Assembly: GCF_006345805.1 (NCBI RefSeq)
Contig: NC_043004.1
Coordinates: forward strand, 30,876,001-30,940,000
Direction: 5' to 3'
Length of the DNA: 64,000 nt
DNA from: Octopus sinensis
Taxonomy: Eukaryota
The translations under genes and the position numbers were made by a program. The notes beneath the pieces were generated by a model. That model did no database searches and was not told the origin of the DNA. It saw only the letters and a program-made list of their open reading frames with translations. Each line of letters starts with the position of its first letter. Position 1 is the stretch's first letter. Shown here in pieces: positions 37,433 to 52,064 of this stretch.

Positions 37433-37452
37433 AGCATGAATATTCTGCTAGA

Positions 37453-37658
37453 ACAAGCTTCTACTGCAGTAGAAACTATGACAGAAACTCCCATATAGGC
37501 TTTTGGTGCAAAATGCACACTTGTTTATCTCACTAGTGGGGAAGTGCTGGAGGTGGCGAGAATTTAAACTCCCCACTAGCAATATAAACAAGCATGCATT
37601 TTGCACCAAAAGCCTATATGAGAGTTTCTCTTATGGTTTCTACTGCAGTAAAGTTTGT
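37453..37658. mobile_element. MITE-like palindrome (about 90-bp arms)
   Basis: 37453-37542 is the reverse complement of 37570-37658. Confidence 0.8.
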
Positions 37659-38616
37659 TGTAACAGAACATCCACATTCAAGTGAGGTTAGACATTACCT
37701 CTCTGTATTAATACTACCTTTGTCACTAATATATATATTAATATCTCAGTTGGAAATCTACTTCCAGCCTGATTATCTTACATATTCTTCCTTCTTTTTT
37801 TGAACCCCAACCAACTCTTATTCTGTTATATTTTACTATATTCCAAACCCTCTATATATTCAAAGGGACTGGCATTTAAGACCTTCTTCTTCCCTAAACA
37901 GTCTGCCAGTCTGTTGATATTTTTGGTTGAGACAAGATTTTAGTCTCAAAACTCTTATCATTGGCTACTTCTGTCCTATCTCATTACTAAACCAATATAC
38001 AACAAAGAAAGACATTTGATAATGCAGTCTGGGGCAAAGAATGTATCGAAAATGGGGGATAGCCGCACTTAATTTGAGATGACCTGGTGTTAAACAACAA
38101 CAATAACTAAATGAAAACTTCACCAAATATCACAATTGTCAATTGCACAGTACTCCCATTACATACACTCCTTTACAGTACATATTTATAGGCATGTAAA
38201 CTGGGCCATTAAAAATTGCCTATCACTACTTACACTCTTTACATATTTACACCTGAATGGACTGAGTCACTGAGAAATGCTTTTACCGCATAAAACCATG
38301 AGCCAATGAAGGGGTTCCATGCAGCTAACCAACTCGCTAGAAATAGCTACAAAATTTCCTTCAAACTATACCCTACCATCCACAAAAGAATAGAATGAAT
38401 TAAACATTACAGTCCCAGATCTATGAAAAGGTATAGTCATAAGTAGAACACCTTTGCTCATTGGTCAACTGAATCAGGGCTGACCTGATCAATAACTTTT
38501 AAAATGGATGTCTAGTCTTAATTAACATAGAATTCTTTCATTAAAGTACGAAGTTGATTTCTCATATATATATATATGCATATATATGCATACATATATT
38601 ATGCATCTATATATGC

Positions 38617-38660
<44 letters not shown>

Positions 38661-41600
38661 TCACGCACGCATACATTTGTGTATGTGCAAGTGTGTGTGT
38701 GAAGGTATAATTGATTCATTTAAATTACTGTTAATTTGTGGACAACTAAAGCCTTGAGATATCTAGTTATATCCTTTGACATAACTAAAAATAAATATAA
38801 TTCAGGTTGATTGAATTAATTATATTCTTCTTCTAAAATATGTGATTTTGTGCTAAAGGTAGAAATCAATATTTTTATTATTAGCATTAATAAAAAGCAG
38901 TGAGCTGGCAGACTCATTATAGCACTGGGTGAAATGTTTAGTGGCACTTCTTCTGGCTCTCTATGTTCTGAACTCAAATCCTGCTGAGGTTGACTTTGCC
39001 TTTCATCTTTATGGGATTGATAAAATGAGTACAAGTTGGGCACTAGAGTTAATATAACAGAGTAACCCACTCCTCTAAAATTGTGGGATCTATACCAAAA
39101 TTTGAAACCATTATTATTACTAGTGGGACCAGTGAATACTTCATGGAATTAATGGTAAACCTACTGGGTTATTTCTGAAAACTTTATCCAAAAAGCCTGA
39201 GAGCGTAGCCTGTGTTGTGTCTGTATGAAAAGATAGTTACTCACCTGCTAACCATTGAAATGTGAAAGAAATTGGAATCCAATGATTACTTAATGCACTT
39301 TATATATACACTTTATATACTTTATGCACAATATTATATACTTAATATAGAGCACTCATAAAATAAATATGCACTTTTATTTTTCCATTTCTCCCATAAA
39401 CAAAAAAAATATGTCCCATACATATGATACAGCCTTTAGTTAAATAAGCATGAATATTTCATGGAATTGCACTAATGTGCATGTGTTAGGTGATAGGTGA
39501 TATAAAAAACTTAGTTCAATTGAAAAAATATATATACTTTCACTATCCAATCACCACCACCAGCTCCATCTCTATCACCACACCTCCATCTCCACCACCA
39601 CCACCACCATCCCCATCATCATCTCTCTCCCCTCTGTCTCCTTCCTCTCTCTCCCCACCTTTCCCCTCTCTCTCACTCTCTCTCTCTCTCTCTCTCTTTC
39701 CCATTAACTAATCACATGAAAGTGTTACAATTACATTCCCTCTACCTCACATCATGGACGCTTCTCTCTCCCTCTTTTTCTCCCTACCTATTTTTCTCTC
39801 TCCCACTTTCTCTCTCTCTCTCTCTCTCTCTCTCTTTTCTTTTTCCCTCTTTTTCTCTAATCATGTGAAAATGTTACTGACAGGCTAAGTAACACAATGA
39901 CAAGCAAAATTATTATAAGATCATTAGCACACCAAGTAAAATGCTTTAGCAGTATTTCATCTGTTGTGACATTCTGGGTTCAAATTCTGCCAAGGTTGAC
40001 TTTGCATTTCATCCTCTTGGGGTCGATGAAATAAGTACCATTTGAATACTGGGGTTGATGTAATCAACTTACCCTCTCCCCCAAAATTTCTGGCCTTGTG
40101 CCTATAGTAGAAAGGATTATTATTATTATTATATTATTATTATTATTATTATTATTGAAGAAGTAAAAGCCAGTAAAATAGCTGACATAGAGGACTACCA
40201 GACAAAATACCTCACAGTATTTAGTTACATCAGTTAACATTATGAATTCAAGATATGCTGGAGTCAACTTTAATCTCTCCAAGAATAAATATTAGTCATT
40301 TATTTTACTGTCATCAAAAGATGGAGCTAAACCCACAACTTTTATATTGCAGGTCTTCCATGACTGCTACCATTCATGTGGTCCACATGCAACTTGAAAA
40401 TCTGTAAGCTGGACCTACATGCATCACTTATAAGCTGTCAGGACACTTTACCCTGCAAAAAACTTCCTGAAATTCACCAACATGCTTCCTGAAATTTCCT
40501 AACCCTACCCCTGACATGCCTATGCATACTCTTTTGCCTGTCATTGTTGTTGTTCTTTACTTTTTCATGGTTCTTTCTGCCCTTCTTTTACCCTTTTCTG
40601 ATTAGTTGTAGTGCAACTGAGCAGTGTGTACAACAGCAGAATATTTATTGCAGCTGACAAAATACTTAGTAGTATCTCTTCCAGCACTTTACATTCTGAG
40701 TTCTGCTGAGTTTGTTTTTCATCTTTTCAAGATCAATAAAATAAGTACTAATGGAACACTGGAGTTGATGTAATCAACTAGTCGTCTCTTCCTCAAAATT
40801 GCTGGCCCTATGCTAAAATTTGAAATCATTATTATCCTTGTTATTATATAATGTTGGAGAGGGAATTGGAGAGACTTGTTGCTCTGGGAAGGAAGGATAA
40901 AGTTCAGTAATTAGTTACAAGCCTAAGTACTGACTCATAGAAGGAGTGCCAACAAGAGGATTGCAGTTGTGTCTGGTAGATTATTGTTACAAAACTTTGC
41001 TGCTAACCTGGTATAAACGTATCAAATCTAGGCTTTTGATTACATGTTATGACTTCAAGCTGACTTAATATTTGTTCCTGAGGGTGTATTATTAGATTTG
41101 AAATAAATTATAACTTAACACTGTAAGAACTAAGTTATAAAGAAATTTTAACATTTTAGTAGATGTGCAGTGCTCATCTTGAATACCTTGAATAAATATC
41201 TCTGGATGATTGCCAGGTTGGCTTCAATGGAATTAATATGTAACTATGGAATTAATGAGAGGCCATTAAATGAGTTAAATACCCTATACTGCTTGCCAAC
41301 ATATTTGTGATTTTGAACCATTGTAAGGAATCAGAGATATTTTATAAAGATAACAAAATAGCAACAACAGTAGAGTGATAGACTAAATATCTGATGTATT
41401 TAATTCTATTTTTGTTAGTTCTGACTTCAAATAATGCCAAGGTAAATTTTGATTTACTTTTCTCTTACAGGTGCAAAACCTGAAATATTTGGGGATGGGG
41501 CAAGTTGATAACATTGACTCCAGTGCTCAAATGGAACTTATTTTATCAACCCCAAAAGGATGCAAGGCAAAGCTGACCTTGGCAGAATTAAAGCTCATTG

Positions 41601-41904
41601 CCAAGAGACAGAAGAGATGCTACTAAGCATTTTGTCCAATGTGAAAATGATTCTGTCAGCTCACCGCCTTATTAGCATTAGTGATTATGATCCTTTCTAC
41701 TATAGGCAAAAGGCTGGAAATTTTAGAGGAAGGGGAGAGTCAATTTGCATCAACCCCAGTGTTCAACTTCTATTTATTTTGTTGACCCAGAAAGGATGAA
41801 AGGCAAAGTCAACCATGGTAGAATTTGAACACAGGATGTATAGACAGACAAAATGCTTGTAAGCATTTTGTCCAGAATCTAAATGATTCAGTCTGCTTAC
41901 CATC

Positions 41905-41940
<36 letters not shown>

Positions 41941-41944
41941 TCAA

Positions 41945-42146
41945 AGTCAAAATTAAAAGAAGAGTGCCATTGTTATCTAGTGAACGATATTTCGACATCT
42001 TGTGTGTCTTCAACTGGTTCAAAATATAAATTTGCCAATCTACTTCATTTTGGTTAATATATAAAGGATTGAGGTAACTCCTCCTGAAGATATAGAGTCA
42101 AAATTAAAAGAAGAGTGCCATTGTTATCTAGTGAATGATATTTCGA
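41945..42146 (-). mobile_element. 151-bp partial tandem with hammerhead-like motif (retrozyme/pLTR-like)
   Basis: 41945-41995 repeated at 42096-42146; hammerhead topology at 41981-42021. Confidence 0.6.
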
Positions 42147-42149
42147 GGG

Positions 42150-43145
42150 AATGATATGCCCTATCTATAAAGAAGGAAGCAGAGCAGATGCTAAAAGCTA
42201 TAGGCCTATTTCTCTGACCTCACATATAAGCAAAGTCATGGAATGAATAGTCCGAAGGAAATTAATTGCATTCCTTGAAGAGAATGACTTGCTGACTGAC
42301 ACCAAACATGGTTTTCAACCAGGTAGAAGTTGCTAAACACAGCTCTTGCAGCATTACAACTGGGTGCTTAAGCAGCTGCTCAACAACTCAAATGTGGACA
42401 TGATATACATCAACTTTGCAAAAGCCTTTGACAAAATTGACCATGGTATGATTTGTCACAAGCTCTGAAATTTTGGCATACTTGGAAAACTTGGAGAATG
42501 GCTACATTGACTTTCTAAAAGATAGAAGTCAGGTAGAGGTGGTCAATGGGGCCACCTCCAAGAAAACACAAATAATGAATGATGTTCCACAGGGCACTGT
42601 TCTAGGACCACTGCTATTCGTAGTGGCCCTCTCTGATATGCCTGATATGCCCATAGCTGCTCAAGTAGCTGCCCTTGCTAGCTATGCAGATGATACAGAA
42701 GTCTTTCAGAGGATACAGAACCCTGGAGACGTTGTGCATCAGCAACGTGAGTCAGACACAATATACAGGTGGGCTGAGGAAAATAACATGCAGTTTAATG
42801 CTGGAAAATTCCAAGCCCTGCACTACTAACAGAGGAAGCTCAATGAAAAGCAGATAGGATATACTAGCCCAGGAAAGATTCCAATCCCTGAATCAAAATC
42901 AGTGCATGACCTGGGCATTGACATGAGTAGTTATGTATCTTTCCAGGTGCACATTACTAAGTTGGCATTAAAATGCAGACATCTGACTGGGTGGATCCTT
43001 CAAACTTTCAAAACAAGAGAAAAGGAAACCATGATGGTCCTCTGGGGGATCTTCGTTCTCAACCACCTGGAATACTACTCCCATCTGTGGTCACCAAACA
43101 GTGTAAAATTAATGACAGAACTCGAGGTGATCCAGAGAAGATCAA
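42150..43145 (+). mobile_element. Decayed CR1-group LINE RT fragment
   Basis: YRPISLTSHISKVME, HGFQPGRSC, INFAKAFDKIDH, VPQGTVLGPLLF, SYADDT, DLGI, HLEYYSHLWSP. Confidence 0.9.
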
Positions 43146-45561
43146 TACAATGTGATACAATACAGTTTTGACCAATCAGCATGCAGGTTAAACATTACAG
43201 TTTGCTGTGTGCACCGATATTACTAGCACAAATCTCACCTTCATTTTAACCAACTAGCTTGTGGTTTACATTTAATGGTTTTATGAGTGAGCAAACTTAG
43301 TTGGTTTTGGTTGTTTTTATTTCAATCCGTGTGAGTCTTCTGTAATTTGTTTATATTTGTATGTTAAAGATAGTTTTTAATCCACAGCATTAACTGGTTG
43401 TTATATTATTGTTGTTGTTTCCATTCAGAACAAGTTTGAACGTCTTAATAAAACGTTTTTCTTTTATCCTTCTTCCAGTCTCACTTGTGCCGTATAGTTT
43501 GCAGAAAGGAAAGATTAGAGACATCTTCTGACCACATGTTTCTATATGTTCGCTCAAAAGGAAGAAGTCAGTCATTTTACTACAGTTGTCAAGAACTCAA
43601 CTGTCAGTTAAATACATTTTGAAATCTGATGATTATTATGAACATATGAAAGCACTAATTGAACTTTATGTACATTACAAAATATTTTTTTTAATGTTTA
43701 ACACAATTGTGTTATTGTTCTGGCTGCACATTGTGCATTTGGTGTTACATCCTGTTTACATTACTTTGCTCTTATAGTTGTTTGTAGTCAGGCATTGGTC
43801 TTGTGCAGCAATAACCAGTCCTACCATTTCTGCTTTTAGTCCAGAGCTTTTGAGCCATTGTTGGCATTCAGTTAGGCTCACTTCTTCTCTAACAAGCCTT
43901 GCAGAGTATTGGCCATAGAGTGATTTCTTTCTTCATTTCTTCTTTAGTATATTTTGTAGTTATGTTTCCTTGTTCTTTTTTTAATCTCTTTAATCATCCT
44001 CCTCCTCCTCCTCCTCCTCCTCCTCGTCATCGTAGTCGTCGTCGTTGTTGTTGAGGCAGTAAGCTATCCTAACCAAAATTATGACTTTTCCCATAACATT
44101 TTTTTTTGACTCTATTTCTGTCCAGTTTATAAAAACACAAATGCATGTACATACTTAATCATATACTCTTACTTTATTTACTATACAGCCTCAACTTTTA
44201 TGAATGATTAGTATGTTTACCATTGTTACTATACTCGGAACAATATTTCCAATAGACTTAAGATTAAATATATTACCATAATCAAATTGAATGACAATGA
44301 TAAATAGGCAGACTTACTTCATTACTATTTGATGTTAATTAACAGACGATTTATTCTATTTCTCTATTTTGATATATTAAACTCATCAGTACATTAACTG
44401 AGCTTAATTATCAGTCAAATGAATCAGATCATTATTAATATATTATTATAGATATGCTTATAGATATTATTATAGTTACTCTCTTCAAGACCTTTAGTCT
44501 GTCGTTATCAACATTAGTATATATGTCAGGCTGCTATTTATTTTATCAAGCTCTATTCATTGAATTGCTAAGTTACCTTCATTGCAGTAAAGGGATAATG
44601 CACAATTTTATGTTTGTAGAGAGTGATTGGTGAATGAGCAAGGGTAAAGCAGTGTTGAAAGATCCATTAGCTTTATCTCACTGGGGACTCCCTGGTATCA
44701 GTGCCTCAAAAATCGCACCCAATGCACACTGTAATGTAGGTGGCAAATGAGTGAAGAAAGTATAGCCTTGTGAGGGTCCTTTAGTCTTGTCTTACTAGAG
44801 ACTTGGCAACCTCTCTAGTGCTGGTGCCATGGGAAAGAGCATCCAATTCACTGGGTAAAGTGGTAGGTAATAGGAAGGACAGCCAACCATGCCTGGAAAC
44901 AGGTGAGGATTGGCAACAGGAAGGGCATCCAGCCATAGAAAATTCCACTTCATGAAAGTCCATCTAACCTATGCAAGCATGGAAAAGGGCACATTAAAAC
45001 AATGACAATGATGATGATTTCTAATTAATATTTCTGATGTGATAAAGTTTAGATGATTTAAAATCTTCATTGGCTTTAGATTTTAATAAAGCAAATGAAG
45101 AGATGAGCAGCCTTGCATATTTTCCTTAATGCTAGATTTTAATAAACAAATTCTTTCATTTATTTATTTATTTATTCTACTGTTTTACTGGTTTCAATTA
45201 ATGAAAATCTATGACCATAATGGGTTAAGTTCCCTTCCAAGGAACAAGTCCGAGCAAGGTTGTTTATGGAAGACCAGCAGTCACCCATGCACACCAGCCT
45301 CCCATCTCCATGCCACAGGCATTATCCAAGGGAAACACAAAGGCCAATATAGTTTAGCACCAGTGACATCGTAACTCATTTCTACAGCTGAGTGAATTGG
45401 AGCAACGTGAAATAAAGTGTCTTGCTCAAGAACACAACATGCAGCCTGGTTTGGGAATCAAACTCACTACCTCATGATTGTGAACCCAATGCTCTAACCA
45501 CTGAACCATGTACCTTCACTATATGTATATATGTAAATGTATATATATACATGTATATATA

Positions 45562-45866
45562 TCACATGATCATGTGATCACGTGACCGACCAGACCATCA
45601 GATGTTGCTACACATCGCTGGTCACAATGCGATCGCATTGTTTTAGCCTTCGAACGATGCCACCCCACTGGCTAAGCAAGTAGGCCAACAGAAGAAAGAG
45701 AGAAAGAGTGGTCAAAGAGTACAGCAGGGATCACCACCCCCTGCTGGAACCTTGTGAAGCTTTTAGGTGTTTTCGCTCAATAAACACACACAACGTCTGG
45801 TAATCGAAACCGCGATCCTACGGCTGTGAGTCCGCTGCCCTAACCACTGGGCCATTGTGCCTCCAC
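45562..45866 (-). mobile_element. SINE sharing head and body with family D but with a different 3' module; flanked by (TA)n
   Basis: Same as family D up to CTCTTTCTTC..TGTT, then unrelated sequence ending GTCACGTGATCACATGAT. Confidence 0.8.
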
Positions 45867-46404
45867 ATATATATATGTATATAAGAAACAAGTTAAAAAA
45901 TAATGATCATTACATATTATATGTATATACATCATCATCATCATCATCATCATTTAACGTCTGTTTTCCATGCTGGCATAGGTTGGATGGTTTGACTGGG
46001 GACTGGCAAGCTGGGAGGTTGCGCCAGGCTTCAATCTGATCTGGCAAGGTTTCTACAGCTGGATACTCTTCCTGACGCCAACCACTCCAAGAGTGTAGTA
46101 GGTGCTTTTTACATGCCACCAGCACAGGAGTCAGGTGGCACTGGCATTGACCATTTTTGGATGGTGCTTATTACATTCCACCAGCATGGGTGCCAGTCAG
46201 GCGGCCCTGGCATCAGCCACAACTACAACTTCCATTTTGATTTCAATCTTGATTTTCTTTTGATTTTGATTTTTGATTTTGATTTTACTTGACTCAATAG
46301 GTCTTCTCAAGTGCAGCATATCACCCGATGATTCAAGGGTACTTTTAAATGAGCTGGTTATGCGACACTGGTATAGGCTTCAGCTGTGATCTCACTTTAC
46401 TTGC

Positions 46405-46446
<42 letters not shown>

Positions 46447-46863
46447 GGGAGTGAGGAAAACAATTAGTTTTAAATCTCTGAATGAGAAGTAAGTAGTAAT
46501 GGTACTACAGAGTAAAACATAAAGTGGCAGTCCTGATTAGGATGATGTTACTACCTTTTTTAGCCTCAGGAAAACATCTTTTCCAGCTGGCTACCAATGC
46601 ACAGCTGTGTCCTTATACCTCAAACAAGGGAGCTTTGGAGCTGAGTGGGGACATTAGCTCCTTGTTTGAAGTATAAGGATGCAGTTGTGCATTGGTAGCC
46701 AGCTGGAAAAGATGTTTCCTGGAGCTAAAAAAGATAGTAACATCATCCTAATCAGGACTGCCACTTTATGTTGACAAATAGATTTTACTCTATACACATA
46801 CTTCCTTCCTTTCCACATCCTCATGTTATTGTTTTTTCTTGTTTGTTCTTCTTTGTTTGGATT

Positions 46864-46998
<135 letters not shown>

Positions 46999-47045
46999 GA
47001 GAGTAAAATCTATACATACATATACATAATAAAGACCCCTTTTGG

Positions 47046-47366
47046 TCATGAATGACCATGGGATTGCACCTAGAAAGTTACCCTCTGAGACATAAGTCTG
47101 GGCAGGTTGTCTATGGAAGACCAGCAGTCACCCATGCATATCAGCTTTTCCTCTCCATGCCACCAATGCTATCCAAGGGAAAGGCAAAGGCTGATGCAGC
47201 TTGGCACCAATAACATCACAACTCATTTCTACAGCTGAGTGAACTGGAGCAACGTGAAATAAAGTGTCTTGCTCAAGAATACAACACACAGCCCAGTCTG
47301 GGAATCGAACTCACAACCTCACGATTGTGAGCCTAACACTCTAACCACTGAGCCATGTACCATCAC
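47046..47366 (-). mobile_element. tRNA-derived SINE family E
   Basis: Minus head ATGGCTCAGTGGTTAGAG..GAGTTCGATTCC followed by CTTGAGCAAGACACTTT; second copy at about 45215-45519. Confidence 0.8.
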
Positions 47367-47952
47367 ATGGCCATGACGGGACACCACAATCAAATGTTTT
47401 AGTCAGTCATATTTATTTTATTGATCTCTACCATTTTATTTTGATGTAGACAGACACACACATGCATATACACACTCACACACATACGTTCACTAAAATA
47501 GCAAAGTTTTTACTTTGAACTCTTTTTATTGTATACTTTATATTTAGGACCCACATTCTTAATTTTGGGATGCCTTGTAATATATGCTGCAAGGTCCCAT
47601 ATTAGTTTAATGTGGCCCTGTAGTCAATGTATGGTTTTCTGATCAGCAGCAACAAATTTTCAATGTTTATGACATTCCTTTGATTAGAACCAAGAAATAG
47701 ATGAAAAATAAAATTTCAATCAGAAAAAAATTATTATTGCACAAAAAAAATATAATTATATAAATAAATGACTGGATAAAAATATCTTTGTTTACTATTT
47801 TTTTTTAAGTAATTTCAAAATTCTAAGAAAAATAATAATTTAATTATATTTTATTTCTCTTTTTCCAACATTCGTAAATATTTCTGATTGAATGCCAGAA
47901 ATAAAATCTAAAATATTCAATACTTTTAATGAATGTTTTATTATTATAATTG

Positions 47953-47989
<37 letters not shown>

Positions 47990-48559
47990 TATCATCATCA
48001 TCATCCATGATGCTTTTGCTCTGGCAGATGCTACCAACACTATACCAAAGAGCAAGCCAGATCCAATGGCCAAAGGTCCTTTGGGTCATTCCTTCTCCGT
48101 CAACTTTCTAACACCCTCCTTAGAATTCTTGCCATTCCTAACAAGGCTGTTTTCTGCAACAGTTCCATCCTGATAGTAATTCCTTTCTTCTCAAGCCAAG
48201 CATTCAATCTTACACTAACTGCTCCCAGTGTGCCAACTACAATTGGTACCACTTCTAAGTACCTGACTTTTTTTATAGTTTCCTGATTTTCCTCTTCAGC
48301 TCTTGATATTTCTCAGCTTTCTATGGCAGCAAGCTGGAAGAGTTGTTAGCACACTCGGCAAAATGCTTTGCAGCGTTTCATCCACCTTTATGCTCTGAGT
48401 TCAAATTTTGACAAAGTTGACCTCTGTCTTTAATCCTGTTAGGATCGATAAAATAAGCACCAATTACGAACTGGGGTTGATGTAATTGACTTCTCCCAAC
48501 CACCCCCATTCTCTGAAATTTCTGGTTTTGTGTAAGAATTTGAAACCAGTAGTTCTTGC

Positions 48560-48965
48560 TTTTCTCACTTTACTTTCCATTCCCTGTGTGATTCCACAGT
48601 GAAGCAATATCCACAATAATTGCTTTGTTCTTTTTTGCAACAACTATTTTCACGTTTTCTATCCACAATAAGATGATCATGTCCCACAAGATCTTATATT
48701 GTTCATTTTCTGCAACCCTTTTCAGCTGGTTCTCATACCATTTCTCCCTTCTGCTCATGTCATACATCTGACAAAGCTTCCAGGGAACCAATCTGGCAAT
48801 GTTGTCGTGCCTTGTCTTGTATTTTTTTGTGCACACATAATACATTCACTAAAAATGTGGTTTATTACTTCACCTTTCTCACCACACAGCCTACAAAGAA
48901 GTAAAGTCACTGACTTGACAATATTGAACTCAATATAGTTCGTTTTAGTGCCTGTCATTGGGCTG
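48560..48965 (-). mobile_element. Second R4/Dong-like fragment
   Basis: LCRLCGEKGEVINHIFSEC, KYKTRHDNIA, KWYE, YKILWD, IIVDIA. Confidence 0.8.
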
Positions 48966-49027
48966 CATAGACCAGGACTTTAGTTTCAAATTTCAAGTTG
49001 CTTTTCCTAATCCATTCTCAGTTCTTA

Positions 49028-50264
49028 CAAGGGTCAAGTGAAAAGGGCATAGGCTGACAAAGATACTCTCATAGAATGTGACCAAATAAGATTTTATTTT
49101 TCAATATAGTCTCCCTTGTGGTCCATGAACTTCTTCCATAAGTGTTGCAGTATTTGAATCCCATTAGTGAACAAGCTTTCATCCTGTTGGTCAAAAAAGT
49201 CATCAACAGCAGATACATCATCATCACTGCAATACTGGTTCCCAGCCGAGTGTCTTTTCATGTTTGGGAACAAATGATATTCAGATGGACCCAAATCAGT
49301 TGATCAACAAGTTCATAACCACAGTCATGCACAGTAGTCACTGTAATCAACGAGGTGTACTGAAGCAATGTTTTCCTGGGCATTTGGACTTGATAGTCTT
49401 TCATAACTCTCTCAGCAAGTTGACATAGTACTCTCCATTGATGGAGTGACCCTTTTCAAAGTAGTTGATAAACACAATACTTTCTGCATCTTCAAAAATT
49501 GAGGCCATCGCTTTCCCTGCGGATGAAACGACCTTGGCCTTTTGGAGCAGGTGAAGAGGAAATGTTTCCTCTGCATGAATTGTCTCTTTGTTTCTGGCTC
49601 AAAGTGATGAACCCAACACCCATTCAGGATTAGGAAACGTTCAAGAAAACCAGCTGGATATTCCTCAAACAATGTCAGATTTTCCCATGATGTGATCAGC
49701 CTGGTGCACTTTTTATCAGGTGTCAGAAGATGTGGCCCCCACCAAGCAAAAACCTTCATCATGCCACATTGTGCAGAAGATTCTCAACTCACTCACAGAA
49801 TATGCTAAGGGCATTGACTGTTTGAATTATAGTCAATCACCTGTCATCCATCACCATGTGGTGAACACAACGAAAGTTTTCCTTTGTGGTGGCAGTTGCA
49901 GGATATCCAAACTTTGGGTCATCTCCATTCCTCTCCTAAATTTGGCTGCCTGCTTTTGCACTGTTGATAAAGCTGGAGCACCATCCTCTAATGTAGCCAC
50001 CATATCAGCATGAATGTCCTTGTTGGGACTAAAATCCTTTTTCTGCAAGTACATGATAACACCACAATGCCAAATTTTGTCCATTTTCAACAGAAGTCAC
50101 TACCAGTTATTTTTGAAGTCTTCTTTGAGTTGTCAGATGTTAGTTTATCTATAAAGAAATAATGCCATTATTAATAAGAAGATCTGAAATTAATGTATGT
50201 AAGATTTCACAGCTCTTGTATAACTCCTTCATAATCAGCCTATGGCTATTTCAATCCACCCTTG
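49028..50264 (-). mobile_element. Full-length decayed mariner (about 1.24 kb)
   Basis: TA|CAAGGG...ATAGGCTGA TIRs with TA TSD; MDKIWHCGVI, WWGPHLL (WVPH-like), WVHHFEPETKRQ, PSEYHLFPNMK, DHKGDYIEK. Confidence 0.93.
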
Positions 50265-50642
50265 TATCTTTGTCAACTGTCTCTGGCATTTCCCACAAGA
50301 ACTGGCCATACATTTTTTTCCATCTATTCAGAGTGTCATTCTGTCTGTCTGGTTTAAATTCTCCTATTTCCTTTGCTTCATCATAATCACCATCATCATC
50401 AATACTCGTTATTCAGGTTGTGATAGAATTATAGGACATTATAAAAAATGCTTAGCAATATTTCTTCTGGTTCTTTACTTTCTGAGTTCATATCCTACCA
50501 AGGGATATTTTACCTTCCATCTTTTTGGGGTTGATATAGACAGCATACCAGTCAAGAACTGGGGTCAATGTTATCAATTTGCCCCTCCCTCAAATCACTG
50601 GCCTTGTGTCAGGATTAGAAAGAATTACTATTATTATTATAA

Positions 50643-51037
50643 TCTTTTACTTGTTTCAGTCATTTTGACTGTGGCCATACTGGAGCACCACCTTTAGTCG
50701 AGCAAATCAACCCCGGGACTTATTCTTTGTAAGCCCAGTGCTTATTCTATCGGTCTCTTTTGCTGAACCGCTAAGTGACGGGGACGTAAACACACCAGCA
50801 TCGGTTGTCAAGCAATGCTAGGGGGACAAACACAGACACACAAACACACACACATATACATATATATATATACATATATACGACAGGCTTCTTTCAGTTT
50901 CCGTCTACCAAATCCACTCACAAGGCATTGGTCGGCCCGGGGCTATAGCAGAAGACACTTGCCCAAGATGCCAATCAGTGGGACTGAACCCGGAACCATG
51001 TGGTTGGTTAGCAAGCTACTTACCACACAGCCACTCC
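50643..51037 (-). mobile_element. tRNA-derived SINE family B
   Basis: Head GGCTGTGTGGTAAG...GGGTTCAGTCCC with internal (TA/TG)n; sense copy at 53557-53993; fragments near 4030 and 23915. Confidence 0.85.
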
Positions 51038-51470
51038 TAACATTATTATTATTATTATTATTATTATTGTTGTTGTTGTTATTATTATTGTAGTGAACTA
51101 GCAGAATGTTCTTTACATTCTGAGTTCAAATACCACCAAAGTCAACTATACCCTTTCATCCTTTTGGGGCTGATAAGATTAAATATCAGCTTAAGTACTG
51201 GGTTTGATGTAACTTACAAATTCTCACCACCCTGATACGCCTAGTTATGTAACAAAATTTGAAACCATTATTATTTTTATTATCAGTATTATTGTTGTTG
51301 TTATTATTATTATTTTGTTTCGTTTTTGGATTTGGTTTGCAAGATTCTTTATGTGAGTTCGTGTGTTGAAGCATATTCTGTTGTGTCTGGGGAGAGTCAT
51401 TTTCTTTTTGTGCCATATAATTTAACACACTCACCGGTAAAATTTCCCCTTACTCCTTATTTTTATTTTC

Positions 51471-51506
51471 CTAAAATTTTCGTTGCATCTTGCAACTTTT
51501 CAATAG
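51471..51506 (-). ncRNA. Candidate U3-A8 minimal hammerhead (family Y), copy 1, inside fold-back 51384-51612
   Basis: Minus strand: CTA-TTGAAAA-GTTGC-AAGAT-GCAAC-GAAA-AT-T-T-TAG. Confidence 0.5.
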
Positions 51507-52064
51507 TCTTGACTATTGAAAAGGTTGCCAGACACAATAAGGAATAAGTGGAAATTTTACTGGTGAGTGTGTTAAATTATAAGGCACAAAAAGAAAATGA
51601 CTCTGCCCAGACAGTACAGATTATTATTATTATTATTATATTATATTATTATTATTATTATTATTGTTGTTGTTGTTATTATTATTGTAGTGAACTAGCA
51701 GAATGTTCTTTACATTCTGAGTTCAAATACCACCAAAGTCAACTATACCCTTTCATCCTTTTGGGGCTGATAAGATTAAATATCAGCTTAAGTACTGGGT
51801 TTGATGTAACTTACAAATTCTCACCACCCTGATACGCCTAGTTATGTAACAAAATTTGAAACCATTATTATTTTTATTATCAGTATTATTGTTGTTGTTA
51901 TTATTATTTTGTTTCGTTTTTGGATTTGGTTTGCAAGATTCTTTATGTGAGTTCGTGTGTTGAAGCATATTCTGTTGTGTCTGGGGAGAGTCATTTTCTT
52001 TTTGTGCCATATAATTTAACACACTCACCGGTAAAATTTCCCCTTACTCCTTATTTTTATTTTC

